From an uncultured delta proteobacterium (GTDB lineage Bacteria > Desulfobacterota > Syntrophia > Syntrophales > Smithellaceae), in assembly GCA_963753975.1 (NCBI GenBank), contig CAVWEH010000004.1:64001-128000 (forward strand): a stretch of 64,000 nucleotides of DNA, written 5' to 3'. Each line of letters begins with the position of its first letter. Positions within the stretch are counted from its first letter, which is position 1. A model generated the notes under the pieces. The model was not told the origin of the DNA and made no database searches. It saw nothing but the letters and a program-made list of their open reading frames with translations. Positions 9,930 to 21,148 of this stretch are shown here, piece after piece. Position numbers and translations under genes: made by a program.

Positions 9930-10633
9930 TATTCTCCCTTCGCCAGCTTGATAAAACGTGTGGCTATTTCTGGTCCTTTGGCCTCGTCTTCGTGTTTGAA
10001 GAAAACAAAAACCTTGTTCCATTTCTGCAGACGAATTCTTTCCATCCATTGCGAGAGATCGGCATCCGAATAATCGGAACGACGCAGGCGCAGGTATCCC
10101 CACGGCGTGGTGCTGATAATCCCATTTACCGGATTCTCATTCGTATCGGCGATGCACAGACTGCATCCCTTTTTCCGCAACAGGCCCAGAATTACATCAC
10201 CGAGCCAAGACGGGTTGCGGAACTCGAAGGCGCAAGACATATCGACGGGAATCAGGAAAAGAAAATCTTCCAAGGCCTTTGGATCCGCATGAAAACTCTG
10301 GGGAAACTGAAAAAGAACCGGCCCCAGTTTATTGTACAGGACTGACAGCGTCCTGAAGAGGTATTGAGTTTCCTCACCCACATTCCTCAAGCGCTTCCGA
10401 TGCGTTATGACCTGAGGCGCTTTGAACGCGAAAACAAAATCATTGGGAACCTGTTCAGTCCATGATGAAAGGATATTTGCTGTGGGCATGTGATAAAAAG
10501 TATTATTGATCTCGACCGTGCCGAAGCGTTCCGAATAGAAACGGAGCATTTCGTGAGGTGAGACCTTTTCCGGATAGAATTTTCCCTTCCATTCCTTGTA
10601 GCCGTATCCACTTGTTCCGACATATATTTTCAT
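9929..10633 (-). CDS. DUF72 (YecE-like) protein
   Basis: YVGTSGYGYKEW, TVEINNTFY, FAFKAPQVITH, LFQFPQSF and AFEFRNPSW. Confidence 0.92.
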   Translation of the reverse strand: MKIYVGTSGYGYKEWKGKFYPEKVSPHEMLRFYSERFGTVEINNTFYHMPTANILSSWTEQVPNDFVFAFKAPQVITHRKRLRNVGEETQYLFRTLSVLYNKLGPVLFQFPQSFHADPKALEDFLFLIPVDMSCAFEFRNPSWLGDVILGLLRKKGCSLCIADTNENPVNGIISTTPWGYLRLRRSDYSDADLSQWMERIRLQKWNKVFVFFKHEDEAKGPEIATRFIKLAKGE

Positions 10634-10652
10634 ATTTTATTCCAGTTCACTT

Positions 10653-12281
10653 CTAAATCAAAGCGCTATCTTTGTTGGCTTCGGCATTCAGAGCAACATT
10701 TTCGCGGACCACATCACGGGCGGCTTTGTCCTCGCGCAGCCGTAAAAAGACCGGTTGTCTCATAATGCCCTCTGCTGTCCAGCCGTGGAAAATAACTTCG
10801 CAGACCAGCTCCGGCTTTACCCACGTGACCGGCGTATTGGTTTGCGGCTCTACTTTAAAAGGACACATCTTCCGGATCAGAGGATTCAATTTTTCGCGAA
10901 CTTCTTTGAGCGTCTTGGCACTGAAACCGCCTCCGATATGGCCAATGAAAATCAACTCATTCCTTTTAAATACGCCTAATACGAGAGCGCCGAAATCTTT
11001 TCTCCCTCCCTTCGGCTCCGTGAATCCGGCAATCACGCCCTCCTGCGTGAGATGCGTTTTTACCTTCAGCCACTCTTTGCTCCTTTTTCCCATCCGGTAA
11101 GCACTCTGAGATCGTTTGGCGATGACCCCCTCGAGCCCTTTTTCTTTGACAACTTTAAAAAACAGGACGCCATCTCTTACCACGTGATCACTGAATTTGA
11201 TTTTATGGGAAACGGGGAGAATTTTTTTCAGGAGCTCTTTTCTCTTGAGCAGCGGAAGACCCGTCAGATCATGTCCTTGGAGATAGAGGAGATCAAAGAC
11301 ATAATAGAGCAAATGGCCTTTTTTGGATTTATGATAATCCTGCAGCATCTGAAAATCGGGTTCGCCCTTCTCATCCACGACAACGATTTCACCATCCAGA
11401 ACGGCCTCAAATTGAAATCCGCTTAGCGACTCAAAGATGGGGGAGAACCTCTGCCCAAGCGAAACGCTGTTCCGCGAATAAAGCGAGACTTTCCCCTCCC
11501 GAATCTCGGCGATGGCCCTGTACCCATCCCATTTCATCTCAAAAATCCAGTCCGGATCATCAAAGGGCTCTTTGATCTGGGTTGCGAGCATAGGTTTTAT
11601 ACCGTGTGGCATCGATTTAGCCGGTGCATCCTTCAGGTCTTCGCCTTCCATTCCTTCCCGTAAATGGATTTGGTCTAGTTTCTTTCGCCGGGAAGGGTGC
11701 TGCGGATCGTTCTTGGCAACATCCTCGATGGTCTCATGGGAGACGACAGAGCGATTCTTCTTCAGAATATCAATTGTTGTCGCATAGCGATCTTTTTTCT
11801 TGAGCAGCAACCAAGACTTCTCGTCCTTTCTGGTTTTAACCAGCGCGAATTCGCCTTGAAGCTTTTCTCCATGAAGCACAAACGTCATATGTCCTTTTCT
11901 TAATCCTTCCAGAAAAAGTTTTTCGCTTTCTTTTCCATTCGGGTCGGAAGGATGATGATAAACCCCCCGGTCCCAGATGATGACGCTTCCGGCGCCGTAA
12001 TTGCCCTCCGGGATAACACCCTCAAAATCTTTGTAATCAAAAGGATGGTCTTCGACCATGACGGCGAGCCGCTTTTGCGAAGGATCAAGGGATGGACCCT
12101 TAGGTACCGCCCAGCTCTTCAGCACTCCTTCCAACTCCAGCCGGAGATCATAATGAAGGGCCCGGGCCGCATGTCTTTGGATAACAAAAACTAGATGACG
12201 CTTCTTGCCGCGGCGAAGAGACGCCTTTGGCTCCGGCGTTTTCTCAAATTTACGTTTGGATTGGTAATCTTTTAATCCCAT
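10653..12281 (-). CDS. ligD: NHEJ DNA ligase D: 3'-phosphoesterase plus ATP-dependent ligase domains, no polymerase domain
   Basis: PE motifs HAARALHYDLRLE and LKSWAVPKGP; ligase EMKWDGYR (KxDG), LDGEIV, EGVIAK and WLKVK. Confidence 0.93.
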   Translation of the reverse strand: MGLKDYQSKRKFEKTPEPKASLRRGKKRHLVFVIQRHAARALHYDLRLELEGVLKSWAVPKGPSLDPSQKRLAVMVEDHPFDYKDFEGVIPEGNYGAGSVIIWDRGVYHHPSDPNGKESEKLFLEGLRKGHMTFVLHGEKLQGEFALVKTRKDEKSWLLLKKKDRYATTIDILKKNRSVVSHETIEDVAKNDPQHPSRRKKLDQIHLREGMEGEDLKDAPAKSMPHGIKPMLATQIKEPFDDPDWIFEMKWDGYRAIAEIREGKVSLYSRNSVSLGQRFSPIFESLSGFQFEAVLDGEIVVVDEKGEPDFQMLQDYHKSKKGHLLYYVFDLLYLQGHDLTGLPLLKRKELLKKILPVSHKIKFSDHVVRDGVLFFKVVKEKGLEGVIAKRSQSAYRMGKRSKEWLKVKTHLTQEGVIAGFTEPKGGRKDFGALVLGVFKRNELIFIGHIGGGFSAKTLKEVREKLNPLIRKMCPFKVEPQTNTPVTWVKPELVCEVIFHGWTAEGIMRQPVFLRLREDKAARDVVRENVALNAEANKDSALI

Positions 12282-12282
12282 A

Positions 12283-13190
12283 TTACAGATAAGGCAGCTG
12301 CTGCTTTTTGACGATCACTTCTCGAAACAGGTCACCGGTTTTTTCGAGTTTCTCTACTGCTTCTGACTGTAGAACCTGTAATTTTTCCGGATTGCGCTGT
12401 GTACTTAAATTCTCCAGTTCCTTCCAGGCAAGGGGAAACGAAACAATCGGTTTTTCTCTGGCCCGTAAAGAATAAACACAAATCGTCGTCTTGGAGTGAT
12501 CGTTTTGAGACCAGTTAATGAAAACTTTTTTCTTCCGCTGCTCCTTAGCCATTTTTGCCGTCACCAGATCCGGATAGTTGCGCTGTAAGACTTCGGCCAC
12601 GGATTTGGAAAATTTTTTGGTGTCGTCAAATGTCGTCTCTTTGCGGTTTAAAGGAACATACACGTGGAGTCCCTTCATGCCCGATGTTTTTACAAAACTT
12701 ACGAGCTGCAATCCCGAAAGCAGATCCCGCAGGATTAGTGCGACGCGCGCGCAATCAAGAATATCGGCCCCGTCGCCTGGATCAAGATCGAAGACTACAG
12801 AAGTCGGGAGTCTCCGGGGAATCGAGCCCGGGCCAGAGGCACATGCAGTTCGAGAGAGGCCAGGTTCTGCACCCAGATCAGCGTATTGAGATCATTGACG
12901 AGGCAGACCGTCATCGGTTCTCCGTCATGTTGGGGAATCTCGGCTGTTGCTACCCAGGACGGACGATGAGAAGGGCAACGCTTCTCGAAAAAGAATTCTT
13001 TTTCCACGCCGTCGGGGTAGCGTTTTAAAGTCAGCGCCCGGCCTTCCAGATGGGGCAGGATAAACTGGGAAATCCGGCGATAGTATTCCAGGACGTGGGC
13101 CTTCGTAAAACCGTAGGATGGATAGAGATCCTTCTCCAGATTCGACAGAGAAAGTTTTCTGCCGGCAATCTCTGCAACTTTCCTGTTCAC
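12283..13190 (-). CDS. stand-alone LigD primase-polymerase domain (two apparent +1 frameshifts near 12800-12830)
   Basis: LSNLEKDLYP, LKRYPDG, FFEKRCP, FDLDPGDG and KTSGMKGLHVYVPL; GTG start overlaps the Ku2 TGA; 908 nt = 302 codons + 2 extra bases. Confidence 0.85.
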
Positions 13191-13974
13191 CGGTTCTTTT
13201 TCACCTTGCGCATGCTCTCCTCCAGCACGGCAACCAGATCGACCGGAGCTTCTCCCTCCTTCTTCTTCGACTTGAGGAGCTTCCACCGGAGCCTGTTTTT
13301 TCGTTTTCTTCTGGAGAAGCGCCATGATCTTTTTCCGGCGTTCATTCGCCTGCTTATCCGGATTGAAGTCAGTGGTCATTTCTTTGATGATTTTCTTCAG
13401 GCGGATTATTTCTGTGGATTCGATCTCTCTTGCTTCCGGCACGATTTCCTCATCGGGAAGAATCTCTTCGCTGTAATGAAGTGTAATCGAGCGACAGAGC
13501 CCCTTGAGTGCTTTTGATGGCGACCAGATATTCCCGTTCTCCCAATACGAATTTTGCCAGCCCCGCTTTATTTGTCCGGCGCATTACTTCGACCAGGAGC
13601 TGATAGGCTTTTTCACCCCCTTTCGAAGGAATAAGATAATAGGGGTGATCGTAATAGATCGAATCCACATCCTTCATGTCGATGAACTCGATAATCTCGA
13701 TTGTGCGGCTGCGTTCGGGCGAAACGGATTCCAGTTCTTCATCCGTTATCAGGATGTATTTGTCAGGTCCGATTTCATATCCCCTGACAATCTCATCGGG
13801 AGCAACTATCTTTTCTTCTCGCGGGCAATACATTCTTCTTAAGAGGGGAGAATAATCTTTGTTGTGGAGCAGGTGAAAAGAGACACGGCCGGGCTCGACA
13901 GCCCTGACCAACTGTACGGGAATCGCCACCAGGCTGAAACTGATCGTCCCTCTCCATATGCCCTGCACGGCCAT
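13187..13974 (-). CDS. ku: Ku protein, second copy (two apparent +1 frameshifts near 13490 and 13255)
   Basis: IWRGTISFSLVAIPV, IVRGYEIG, YYDHPYYL, then PVDLVAVLEESM in a shifted frame. Confidence 0.85.
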
Positions 13975-14032
13975 TTTATTCCTCCTGTTGAAGACAAAAT
14001 CAATGACAGATAAACATGTCACGGCCTTCTAT

Positions 14033-14803
14033 CTAGGCAACCTTCTTCAAACTCGCTTCCAGAGTTTGCAGCAACTTATCTGACTTTGTGGGTTTCAACC
14101 GCCGGGGACGCAGGATCATAATTTTTTCTCCCCGGGCTTTTTTATCGATTAAATTTTGCAGTTTTTTCTGATGTTCATTTTCGAATTTCTGCGGCTGAAA
14201 AGAGGCTGTCAACCGGTTGATCAAATCACTCCCTATTTGCAGTTCTTTTTCCGATAAAGGAACGTTCTGTAGTTCAAGAGCCGCGACCGGAATCACTTCA
14301 TCGGCATAACGCAAAGTATTCAGCCGGAGAATATTCCCGCTCATCTGCAAGGAGCCGATATATGACCGTTTTCTCATGGTCCAGATGCATATTCCTTCCA
14401 CATCCATTTCGCTTAAGGCTGCAGCAAGCACAAGATATCCTTTGGACTGAATGTCCGGCTCCAGATAGTAGCCTCGAGAAATAAATACAGGGTCGATTTG
14501 TGCTGTTTTCACGAACTCGCGGACCTCAATTACACGGCTGTCTTGGGGATCTGTTTGTTCCAAATCTTCCGGATCCACGAGGATATATCTCCCATCCTCC
14601 AGCTTGAATCCTCTGATCTGTTCATCCGCAGGCACAGGCACTTTTTCATAGGCACAGATCATCTGTTGTTTCAATTTGACATGATCACGGCTGTGAAGAA
14701 GATGAAACTGAATACGTTCTTCTTTAACCGCTGTATGCAGTTTCACCGGAACATCGACACCTCCAAAATGGATACATCCTTTCCAGATTGCTTTTCCGGC
14801 CAT
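14033..14803 (-). CDS. ku: Ku protein, first copy
   Basis: AIWKGCIHFGGVDVPVKL, YYLEPD, LNTLRYADEV and LLQTLEASL. Confidence 0.92.
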   Translation of the reverse strand: MAGKAIWKGCIHFGGVDVPVKLHTAVKEERIQFHLLHSRDHVKLKQQMICAYEKVPVPADEQIRGFKLEDGRYILVDPEDLEQTDPQDSRVIEVREFVKTAQIDPVFISRGYYLEPDIQSKGYLVLAAALSEMDVEGICIWTMRKRSYIGSLQMSGNILRLNTLRYADEVIPVAALELQNVPLSEKELQIGSDLINRLTASFQPQKFENEHQKKLQNLIDKKARGEKIMILRPRRLKPTKSDKLLQTLEASLKKVA

Positions 14804-14851
14804 TTAAAAACCTTTATCGTATTTTTCAGACCACAAACTTATTTTGTAAAA

Positions 14852-14880
14852 ATAATATGTACGAAATATCATACTGTCAA
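14852..14880 (-). promoter_or_regulatory. sigma70-type promoter for the Ku/LigD operon
   Basis: TTGACA-17 bp-TATTAT on the minus strand. Confidence 0.65.
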
Positions 14881-14972
14881 ATATTTATTTTTTAAGAATA
14901 TCTACAAACCCGTCCGGCAAAGCTGATGGCTTCGGGGAAGACTGTTTGTTTTAAAGAATTGTATCTACTGAA

Positions 14973-16721
14973 TCAGTATACTTTCACTACGGGGAAAAAT
15001 AAAGAAACTTTAGTGCCGCGGCCCAACTGACTTTCGATCTCCATTCTGCCGCCATGAGCAATCATCAAATGTTTCACTATCGACAATCCCAGACCTGTTC
15101 CGCCTAAATCCCGGGAACGGGTCTTATCCACGCGGTAGAAGCGCTCTCCCAAACGCTGTAGTTCATCCCGCGGAACACCAATCCCCGTATCAATTATCGA
15201 TACCACGGCATAAGCATCAGTTTCATCTGCTGCAATGATGACCTTGCCCGACTCCGGCGTGAATTTGACGGCGTTATCTAAAATATTGACAAATATTTGC
15301 GCAAGTTTGTCCTTGTCCGCCCTTATTGGCGCAAGATTTTCGCGTACATTGTTATAAATAGTTATCTTTTTTAACTTCGCTTTCGCCTCCACCAATGAAA
15401 TTACATTGGTCACAGCATTACTAAAAAAAACGTTTTCAAAGTTAAACCTTATTTCATTTAACTCAATTTGTGATATCATCAGCAAATCTTCGACGAGACG
15501 ATTAAGCCTTTCGGCTTGTTTTAAAATTATATCAATAAATTTTTTCGTTTCCTCGATATTATTTATCGCACCGGCTTTGATTGTTTCCAGATATCCGATA
15601 ATTGCCGTAAGCGGTGTCCTGATCTCGTGAGTAACATTGGCCACAAAATCTATTCGAATCTTTTCGAGTTTTTTCAGCCGCGTTACATCGTGAAAGACAA
15701 TCATCGTTTTTTCTTCTTCCGGATAACCCTGAACGGCAGAGATGCTTACGTTTAAAATAACCGGCTCTATATTACCCATGATAATTTCACTCGATACATT
15801 TCTGCGCGTTTCCTTAAATTTCAAAAAGGCTTTTTGTAAATCAACGCTGCGAAAAGCTTCCATCAGCGTTTTACCGTTTATATCTCCGTATTGCTCAGGC
15901 AATATATTACTCAGCGCCTGATTGACAAATTCTATTTTATCTTCCGTATTGAGAATCAAAACGCCTTCGGTCATGCTGGTAAACGCCGTCATCAATTTGC
16001 TTTTTTCTTCATTGGCCAGCTTGATTTTACTTTTGAGTTCATCGACAAGATAATTGATATTATCCGCCAGTTTTTTCGTTTCGTCCGATGTCTTTAAAAT
16101 AATTGTTCCCGCCGGATGCCCCTGACGCAGTCTTTCGGTAAATCTTTCCATGGCCCGAATCGGTACCGCCAAACGGTAAGAAAAAATCAGTGCAATGACA
16201 AGTGCGATAACCGCAACAATCATCATTGCCAGAAAAATAGATTGGTAGACTTTTTCAATCATACTCTGCACATCATCAAGAGGTCGCGCCAACCGCACAT
16301 AACCTTTGATTTCTGACTCCTCTTTGATGGTAACGGCTACATAGAGCATGTCAATGCCGATAGATTTACTGAAGCGGATGGACTTGCCTTTGCCCAAAAG
16401 TCTCGCTTCCTGCACTTCCGGCCGGTTTAAATGATTTTCCAGCAGGGCAGCTTCTTTTCCCGAATCGGCCAAGACCTTCCCGCGCGCATCAATAAGGGTA
16501 ACTCTGGAGTTCGATATTTTTGCAATTTGTTCCAGCTGATCTGAAATTTTCTTGGGAGAACTCAGGTCAATAAGCTGAGCATAGGACAACAATTCCGCTT
16601 CAATTTTACCGGTCAGAACCTTTTTTATTTCATCCCGCACAAATAGATGTAAAATAAAAAAAGATAAGCAGATAATGACGAGATAGCTAAAAAATGTCTT
16701 ATAAAAAAGATTGCGTTTCAC
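14973..16721 (-). CDS. phoR: phosphate-regulon sensor histidine kinase
   Basis: TM-sensor-TM-HAMP-PAS layout; DFVANVTHEIRTPLT H-box, NILDNAVKF and ERFYRVDKTRSRDLGGTGLGL; pst context. Confidence 0.93.
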   Translation of the reverse strand: MKRNLFYKTFFSYLVIICLSFFILHLFVRDEIKKVLTGKIEAELLSYAQLIDLSSPKKISDQLEQIAKISNSRVTLIDARGKVLADSGKEAALLENHLNRPEVQEARLLGKGKSIRFSKSIGIDMLYVAVTIKEESEIKGYVRLARPLDDVQSMIEKVYQSIFLAMMIVAVIALVIALIFSYRLAVPIRAMERFTERLRQGHPAGTIILKTSDETKKLADNINYLVDELKSKIKLANEEKSKLMTAFTSMTEGVLILNTEDKIEFVNQALSNILPEQYGDINGKTLMEAFRSVDLQKAFLKFKETRRNVSSEIIMGNIEPVILNVSISAVQGYPEEEKTMIVFHDVTRLKKLEKIRIDFVANVTHEIRTPLTAIIGYLETIKAGAINNIEETKKFIDIILKQAERLNRLVEDLLMISQIELNEIRFNFENVFFSNAVTNVISLVEAKAKLKKITIYNNVRENLAPIRADKDKLAQIFVNILDNAVKFTPESGKVIIAADETDAYAVVSIIDTGIGVPRDELQRLGERFYRVDKTRSRDLGGTGLGLSIVKHLMIAHGGRMEIESQLGRGTKVSLFFPVVKVY

Positions 16722-16723
16722 GC

Positions 16724-17419
16724 CTACTCCTTTTTTTCATCCAAGTTACAGGTTAGATGCCGCACGCATTCACCGGTTACCATATAAGTAACCATATCCG
16801 CAATACCTTTGGCATGATCGGCGATACGCTCCAGATTCTTTGACACTTGCATGATCATAAGAGCTCTGTGGATTGTCTTGGAATCCTCCATCATAAAGGT
16901 CAGAAGCTCACGGAAAATCTGTTCATTGAGATCGTCGGTAATCTGTTCCGTCCGCCGGACTTCTTCGGCCATATTCAAATCATTTCTGATAAAACTATCC
17001 AGAGATTTTTTAATCATCTCTCCAACAAGGTCAGCCATGCGGGGCAAGTCAATATAGGGCTTAAGCTGAGGCTCTTCGATCAACTGGATCGCCTTTTCGG
17101 CAATGTTAACGGCCATATCGCCGATTCTTTCCAAATGCCCGGTGATTTTGATCGCCGTCGTAATGAATCTTAAATCTATAGCCGTGGGCTGACGCAGAGC
17201 TAGAATCCGGATGCACCTTTCCTCCAATGCGGCATCCTTTTTATCAATTTCATCATCATCTTTAATAACCCTATGAGCGAGATCAGAGTTTCTTTCGGTT
17301 AAAGATTGCATCGCCAGCTGAATTGATTTTTCGGTCAGCACGCCAAGATAAATGAGGTCATTTTTTATTTCCTGCAACTCCATTTCATAGTGCAAGCTAG
17401 TGTGCTTTCTTTCTTCCAT
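16724..17419 (-). CDS. phoU: phosphate signalling protein PhoU
   Basis: RQPTAIDLR, LERIGDMAVNIA and LERIADHA. Confidence 0.96.
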   Translation of the reverse strand: MEERKHTSLHYEMELQEIKNDLIYLGVLTEKSIQLAMQSLTERNSDLAHRVIKDDDEIDKKDAALEERCIRILALRQPTAIDLRFITTAIKITGHLERIGDMAVNIAEKAIQLIEEPQLKPYIDLPRMADLVGEMIKKSLDSFIRNDLNMAEEVRRTEQITDDLNEQIFRELLTFMMEDSKTIHRALMIMQVSKNLERIADHAKGIADMVTYMVTGECVRHLTCNLDEKKE

Positions 17420-17440
17420 AACTGTTCCTCCTATCGAATA

Positions 17441-18207
17441 TCAACCGAACCTACCGGTGATATAGTCTTCAGTGAGTTTTACCGACGGTGCGGTAAATAT
17501 CTTTTCCGTTCTGTCAAATTCGACCAATTCCCCCAGCATCAAAAAACCGGTCCAGTCGGACATCCTGGCCGCTTGCTGCATATTATGGGTGACGATAATG
17601 ATTGTAATCTCTTTTTTCAGGGTCTCCAACAGTTCTTCGATCTTGGCGGTGGACAGCGGATCGAGGGCAGATGTCGGCTCGTCAAAGAGCAGGATATCGG
17701 GATTGACGGCCAGAGCCCTGGCAATAACGAGTCGCTGTTGCTGCCCGCCGGACAAGTTCATAGGCGCTGGCATGGAGCTTGTCCTTAACCTCCGCCCATA
17801 AATTCGCATGCCGAAGGGCCTTTTCCGCCCGTTCGGAGCGATCGGCCATCTTTTTAATGCCCTTGCAGCTTAAGTCCATAGGCGATATTGTCAAAGATGC
17901 TCATGGGGAAGGGGGTCGGCTTTTGAAAAACCATGCCGATGCGGCTTCGCAGATTAATGATATCAATCGGATTCTTGAGGATGTTCTCCTTCCTCAAGAG
18001 TATTTCCCCTTCGTATCGGTGTTTCGGATAGAGGTCATGCATCCTGTTAAAACAACGCAAGAGGGTCGTCTTGCCGCACCCCGAAGGACCAATTAAAGCG
18101 GTTACCGTATTCTTATACACCGGCAGATTAATGTTCTTCAGGACATGGATGTCTCCAGAGTAATAAAAGTTCAGGTCTTTGGCCTCTATCTCGATCGTTT
18201 CAGACAC
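17441..18207 (-). CDS. pstB: phosphate ABC transporter ATPase (two apparent +1 frameshifts near 17860 and 17757)
   Basis: [42 protein letters not shown] and [10 protein letters not shown] spread over three frames. Confidence 0.92.
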
Positions 18208-19046
18208 TATTTGTATCTCCACTTGATGATGATTCTTCCCAGGATGGTAAGAAAAAGAATAAAAACCGTGATAACCAATGATGCGGCCCACGCCTGCGTA
18301 TGCCAGATGGCATAGGGACCCATTGCGTACTGAAAGATGGTGGCTGTCAAGGAAGACATGGAATGGTTCATATCTAAAGAGAAGAAAGAGTTATTGAACG
18401 ATGTGAACAGGAGCGGCGCCGTCTCTCCTGCTACCCTGGCAATGGAAAGCAGGATGCCGGTCAGGATGCCGGTGGCAGCTCCACGGTAAACCACCTGGAT
18501 GATCACCTTGTAATAGGGCGCTCCCAGGGCAAAGGCCGCCTCTCTCAGCTCCCAAGACACAAGGGCCAGCATATCTTCTGTGGTCCTGAGAACGACGGGG
18601 ATCATTATTATGGAGAGGGCGACAGCGCCGGCCCATCCACTGAAGTGGCCCAAGGGTTTTACCATGATCGCGTAGATGAATGTCCCGATGACAATTGAAG
18701 GCACGCTGACCATGATATCGGAGAGGATGCTTATTACCTTGGCGATTGTTGTGCCCCGTGCATACTCGGCCAGGAAAGTCCCCCCGAGCACACCGACAGG
18801 CACGCCAATCAAGGTGGCAAACAATGTTATCATCAACTGGCCGACAAAAGCGTTCCTCAGGCCTCCCCCGGAAACACCTACCGGTGCCGGATCGTTGACG
18901 AACAAAGAGAGATTCAGCGCTGCAATGCCGTGCACCAGTACATCTCCCAGGATAAAAACGAGCCAAAATAGTCCAAAAAAGGCAGAAATGGTGCTGAGAG
19001 ATAAGGCGATAAAACCTTCAAATTTTCTTATCTGTTCCCTCTTCAC
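18207..19046 (-). CDS. pstA: phosphate ABC transporter permease PstA
   Basis: [18 protein letters not shown] and [13 protein letters not shown]. Confidence 0.95.
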   Translation of the reverse strand: MKREQIRKFEGFIALSLSTISAFFGLFWLVFILGDVLVHGIAALNLSLFVNDPAPVGVSGGGLRNAFVGQLMITLFATLIGVPVGVLGGTFLAEYARGTTIAKVISILSDIMVSVPSIVIGTFIYAIMVKPLGHFSGWAGAVALSIIMIPVVLRTTEDMLALVSWELREAAFALGAPYYKVIIQVVYRGAATGILTGILLSIARVAGETAPLLFTSFNNSFFSLDMNHSMSSLTATIFQYAMGPYAIWHTQAWAASLVITVFILFLTILGRIIIKWRYK

Positions 19047-19984
19047 CGGGAATACCTCCTCTCTGCCTTCAGGAGAAAGATTTTGGCGATGGCCAGGAAA
19101 ATGAAACTCATCATAAAAAGCACGAGAGCCAGATAGAAAAGCGAAGAGAGGTAAATATCTTTGTCTGCCTCGGTAAACTCATTGGCCAGCGTTACGGTTA
19201 TGGTCGCGGCGGTATCGAAGAAGGATGTGAATATTTTGTGGTTGTTGCCCAGGACAAATGCGACTGCCATGGTTTCGCCGATCGCCCGTCCCAGGGAAAA
19301 AAGGATGCCGCCGAAAACACCCAGCTTTGAATAGGGAATGACGACATTCTTCACAACCTCCCATTTGGTTGCCCCGAGGGCATACGCTGATTCCTTGACC
19401 ACTGCAGGAGTAAGATTAAAAGAGTCTCTCGCGATGCTCGCCGTAAAGGGTATGATCATGATGCTCAGTATGATGCTGGCGGTCAAAATATCTATGCCCA
19501 TCGGCGTGCCCTGGAAGAGAACGTTTATCAAAGGGATGCCGGCGGTGGCTTTTTGAAGAACGGGTTCAATGTAATTTCTCATGAGCGGAGAAAGGGTAAA
19601 TAATCCCCACATGCCGTATATGATGCTCGGAATCGCGGCTAACAGCTCAATAGCAATGCCAATCGGGCCTTTCAAAAAGTTCGGCGCTATTTCCGTTACA
19701 AAGATGGCAATGCCCAGGGCAACGGGTATGGCCATGAGCAGCGACAGAACCGTCGTTACAAAGGTTCCATAAATGGTTGTCAACGCGCCGAAGGTTCCCG
19801 TTACCGGGTTCCATGCCGTTGAGGTAAGAAATTGAACGATGCCGAACTTTTCTCTGGACAGGGAAGATTCTTTAATAAGAACAAAAAGAATGCCAATAAT
19901 AAAGAAGACAACCGTACAGGCGGCAATGGCGGTAATGAAAGAGAAGATGATATCTCCGGGATTTTTTTTAAGTGTTACGGCCAT
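19043..19984 (-). CDS. pstC: phosphate ABC transporter permease PstC
   Basis: ELLAAIPSIIYGMWG, KESAYALGAT and GRAIGETMAV. Confidence 0.96.
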   Translation of the reverse strand: MAVTLKKNPGDIIFSFITAIAACTVVFFIIGILFVLIKESSLSREKFGIVQFLTSTAWNPVTGTFGALTTIYGTFVTTVLSLLMAIPVALGIAIFVTEIAPNFLKGPIGIAIELLAAIPSIIYGMWGLFTLSPLMRNYIEPVLQKATAGIPLINVLFQGTPMGIDILTASIILSIMIIPFTASIARDSFNLTPAVVKESAYALGATKWEVVKNVVIPYSKLGVFGGILFSLGRAIGETMAVAFVLGNNHKIFTSFFDTAATITVTLANEFTEADKDIYLSSLFYLALVLFMMSFIFLAIAKIFLLKAERRYSR

Positions 19985-20045
19985 TCACATTCTTTCCCTT
20001 AGTGGATTCATTCAAACATTAACAAAAGACAGCAAAGCAAATAAT

Positions 20046-20075
20046 AGTATAGTGCATCATTTGCCTTGCTGTCAA
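20046..20075 (-). promoter_or_regulatory. possible internal sigma70 promoter upstream of pstC
   Basis: TTGACA-18 bp-TATACT between pstS and pstC. Confidence 0.45.
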
Positions 20076-20088
20076 ATGCGTATCTTTT

Positions 20089-21111
20089 CTATTGCAGGCC
20101 GTTAGCCTTCCAGTAGGCCCTGATTTTATCCTTTAACGATTTCGGTAAGGGTACGTAGGTCAGTTCTTTAGCCTTATTGTCTCCGTTCTTAAAGCACCAG
20201 TCGTAGAATTTGACTACATTCTTATTGGCTTCCGGCTTCTCCTGCGCCAGGAGGATAAAGGTTGCACCGGCGATGGGCCAGGAATTCTTTCCGGGGGCAT
20301 TCACGAGCCAGAGGTAAAAATGATTTTTCGGATCAAATGTACCGGTGTCGGCCGCATCTTCAAATGCATCAAAGCTGGGTGTGACAAATTTGCCAGCGCC
20401 GTTTTTCAAAAGGGCGTAGGTCATCTTGTTCTGTACGGCATAGGCAAACTCGACATAACCGATGGAGTTTGGCGTCGATTGCGTATATTGCGCCACACCT
20501 TCATTTCCTTTCCCTCCGATGCCGACAGGCCACTGTACTGCCGTGCCTGCGCCGACTTTGCTTTTCCAATCGGGCGAAACGCCGCTTAGATATTCCGTAA
20601 ATACCGCCGTAGTCCCCGAACCATCCGATCTGTGGACAACCGTAATCTCATTATGGGCAAGCTTCACCTTGCGATTCAAGGACTTAATCTTTTTGTCATC
20701 CCAATACTTTATTTCTCCCAGGAATATCTTGGCCAGGGTGTCGGAATCAAACCTGATATCGCCCGCTTTCACCCCGGCAATGTTAACCACCGGCACCACG
20801 CCGCCGATAACAGCGGGAAACTGCAGCAACCTGTCCTTGGCCAGCTGTTCCGGTTTCAGGGGTGCATCAGAGGCGCCAAAGTCCACTGTCCTTTCCGTGA
20901 TCTGCCTGATGCCGCCGCCCGAACCGATGGACTGGTAATTGAGCTTCACGCCGGTCGCCTTGTTGTAATCAAAGGCCCAGGCCGAGTAAATAGGAAAAGG
21001 AAACGTGGCCCCTGCACCGTTAATCGTTTCCGCCGCCCATACCTGCGTAAATGACAGTACCAATGAAAACAAAATTAATCCGAAAACAAGTCTTTTGAAG
21101 TTTTTCAACAT
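20089..21111 (-). CDS. pstS: phosphate-binding periplasmic protein
   Basis: Signal peptide; GAGATFP, YQSIGSGGG, DFGASD and HRSDGSGTT. Confidence 0.97.
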   Translation of the reverse strand: MLKNFKRLVFGLILFSLVLSFTQVWAAETINGAGATFPFPIYSAWAFDYNKATGVKLNYQSIGSGGGIRQITERTVDFGASDAPLKPEQLAKDRLLQFPAVIGGVVPVVNIAGVKAGDIRFDSDTLAKIFLGEIKYWDDKKIKSLNRKVKLAHNEITVVHRSDGSGTTAVFTEYLSGVSPDWKSKVGAGTAVQWPVGIGGKGNEGVAQYTQSTPNSIGYVEFAYAVQNKMTYALLKNGAGKFVTPSFDAFEDAADTGTFDPKNHFYLWLVNAPGKNSWPIAGATFILLAQEKPEANKNVVKFYDWCFKNGDNKAKELTYVPLPKSLKDKIRAYWKANGLQ

Positions 21112-21148
21112 GTTAATTCCCTCCTGATAATAAATTATTTTGGATTTC

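Noticed and set aside
12795..13442. 215-aa ORF that looks like a Ku C-terminus fused to the LigD polymerase N-terminus
   Set aside because: Chimera created by +1 insertions; correcting them gives Ku2 ending at the TGA at 13187 and a separate polymerase starting at the overlapping GTG
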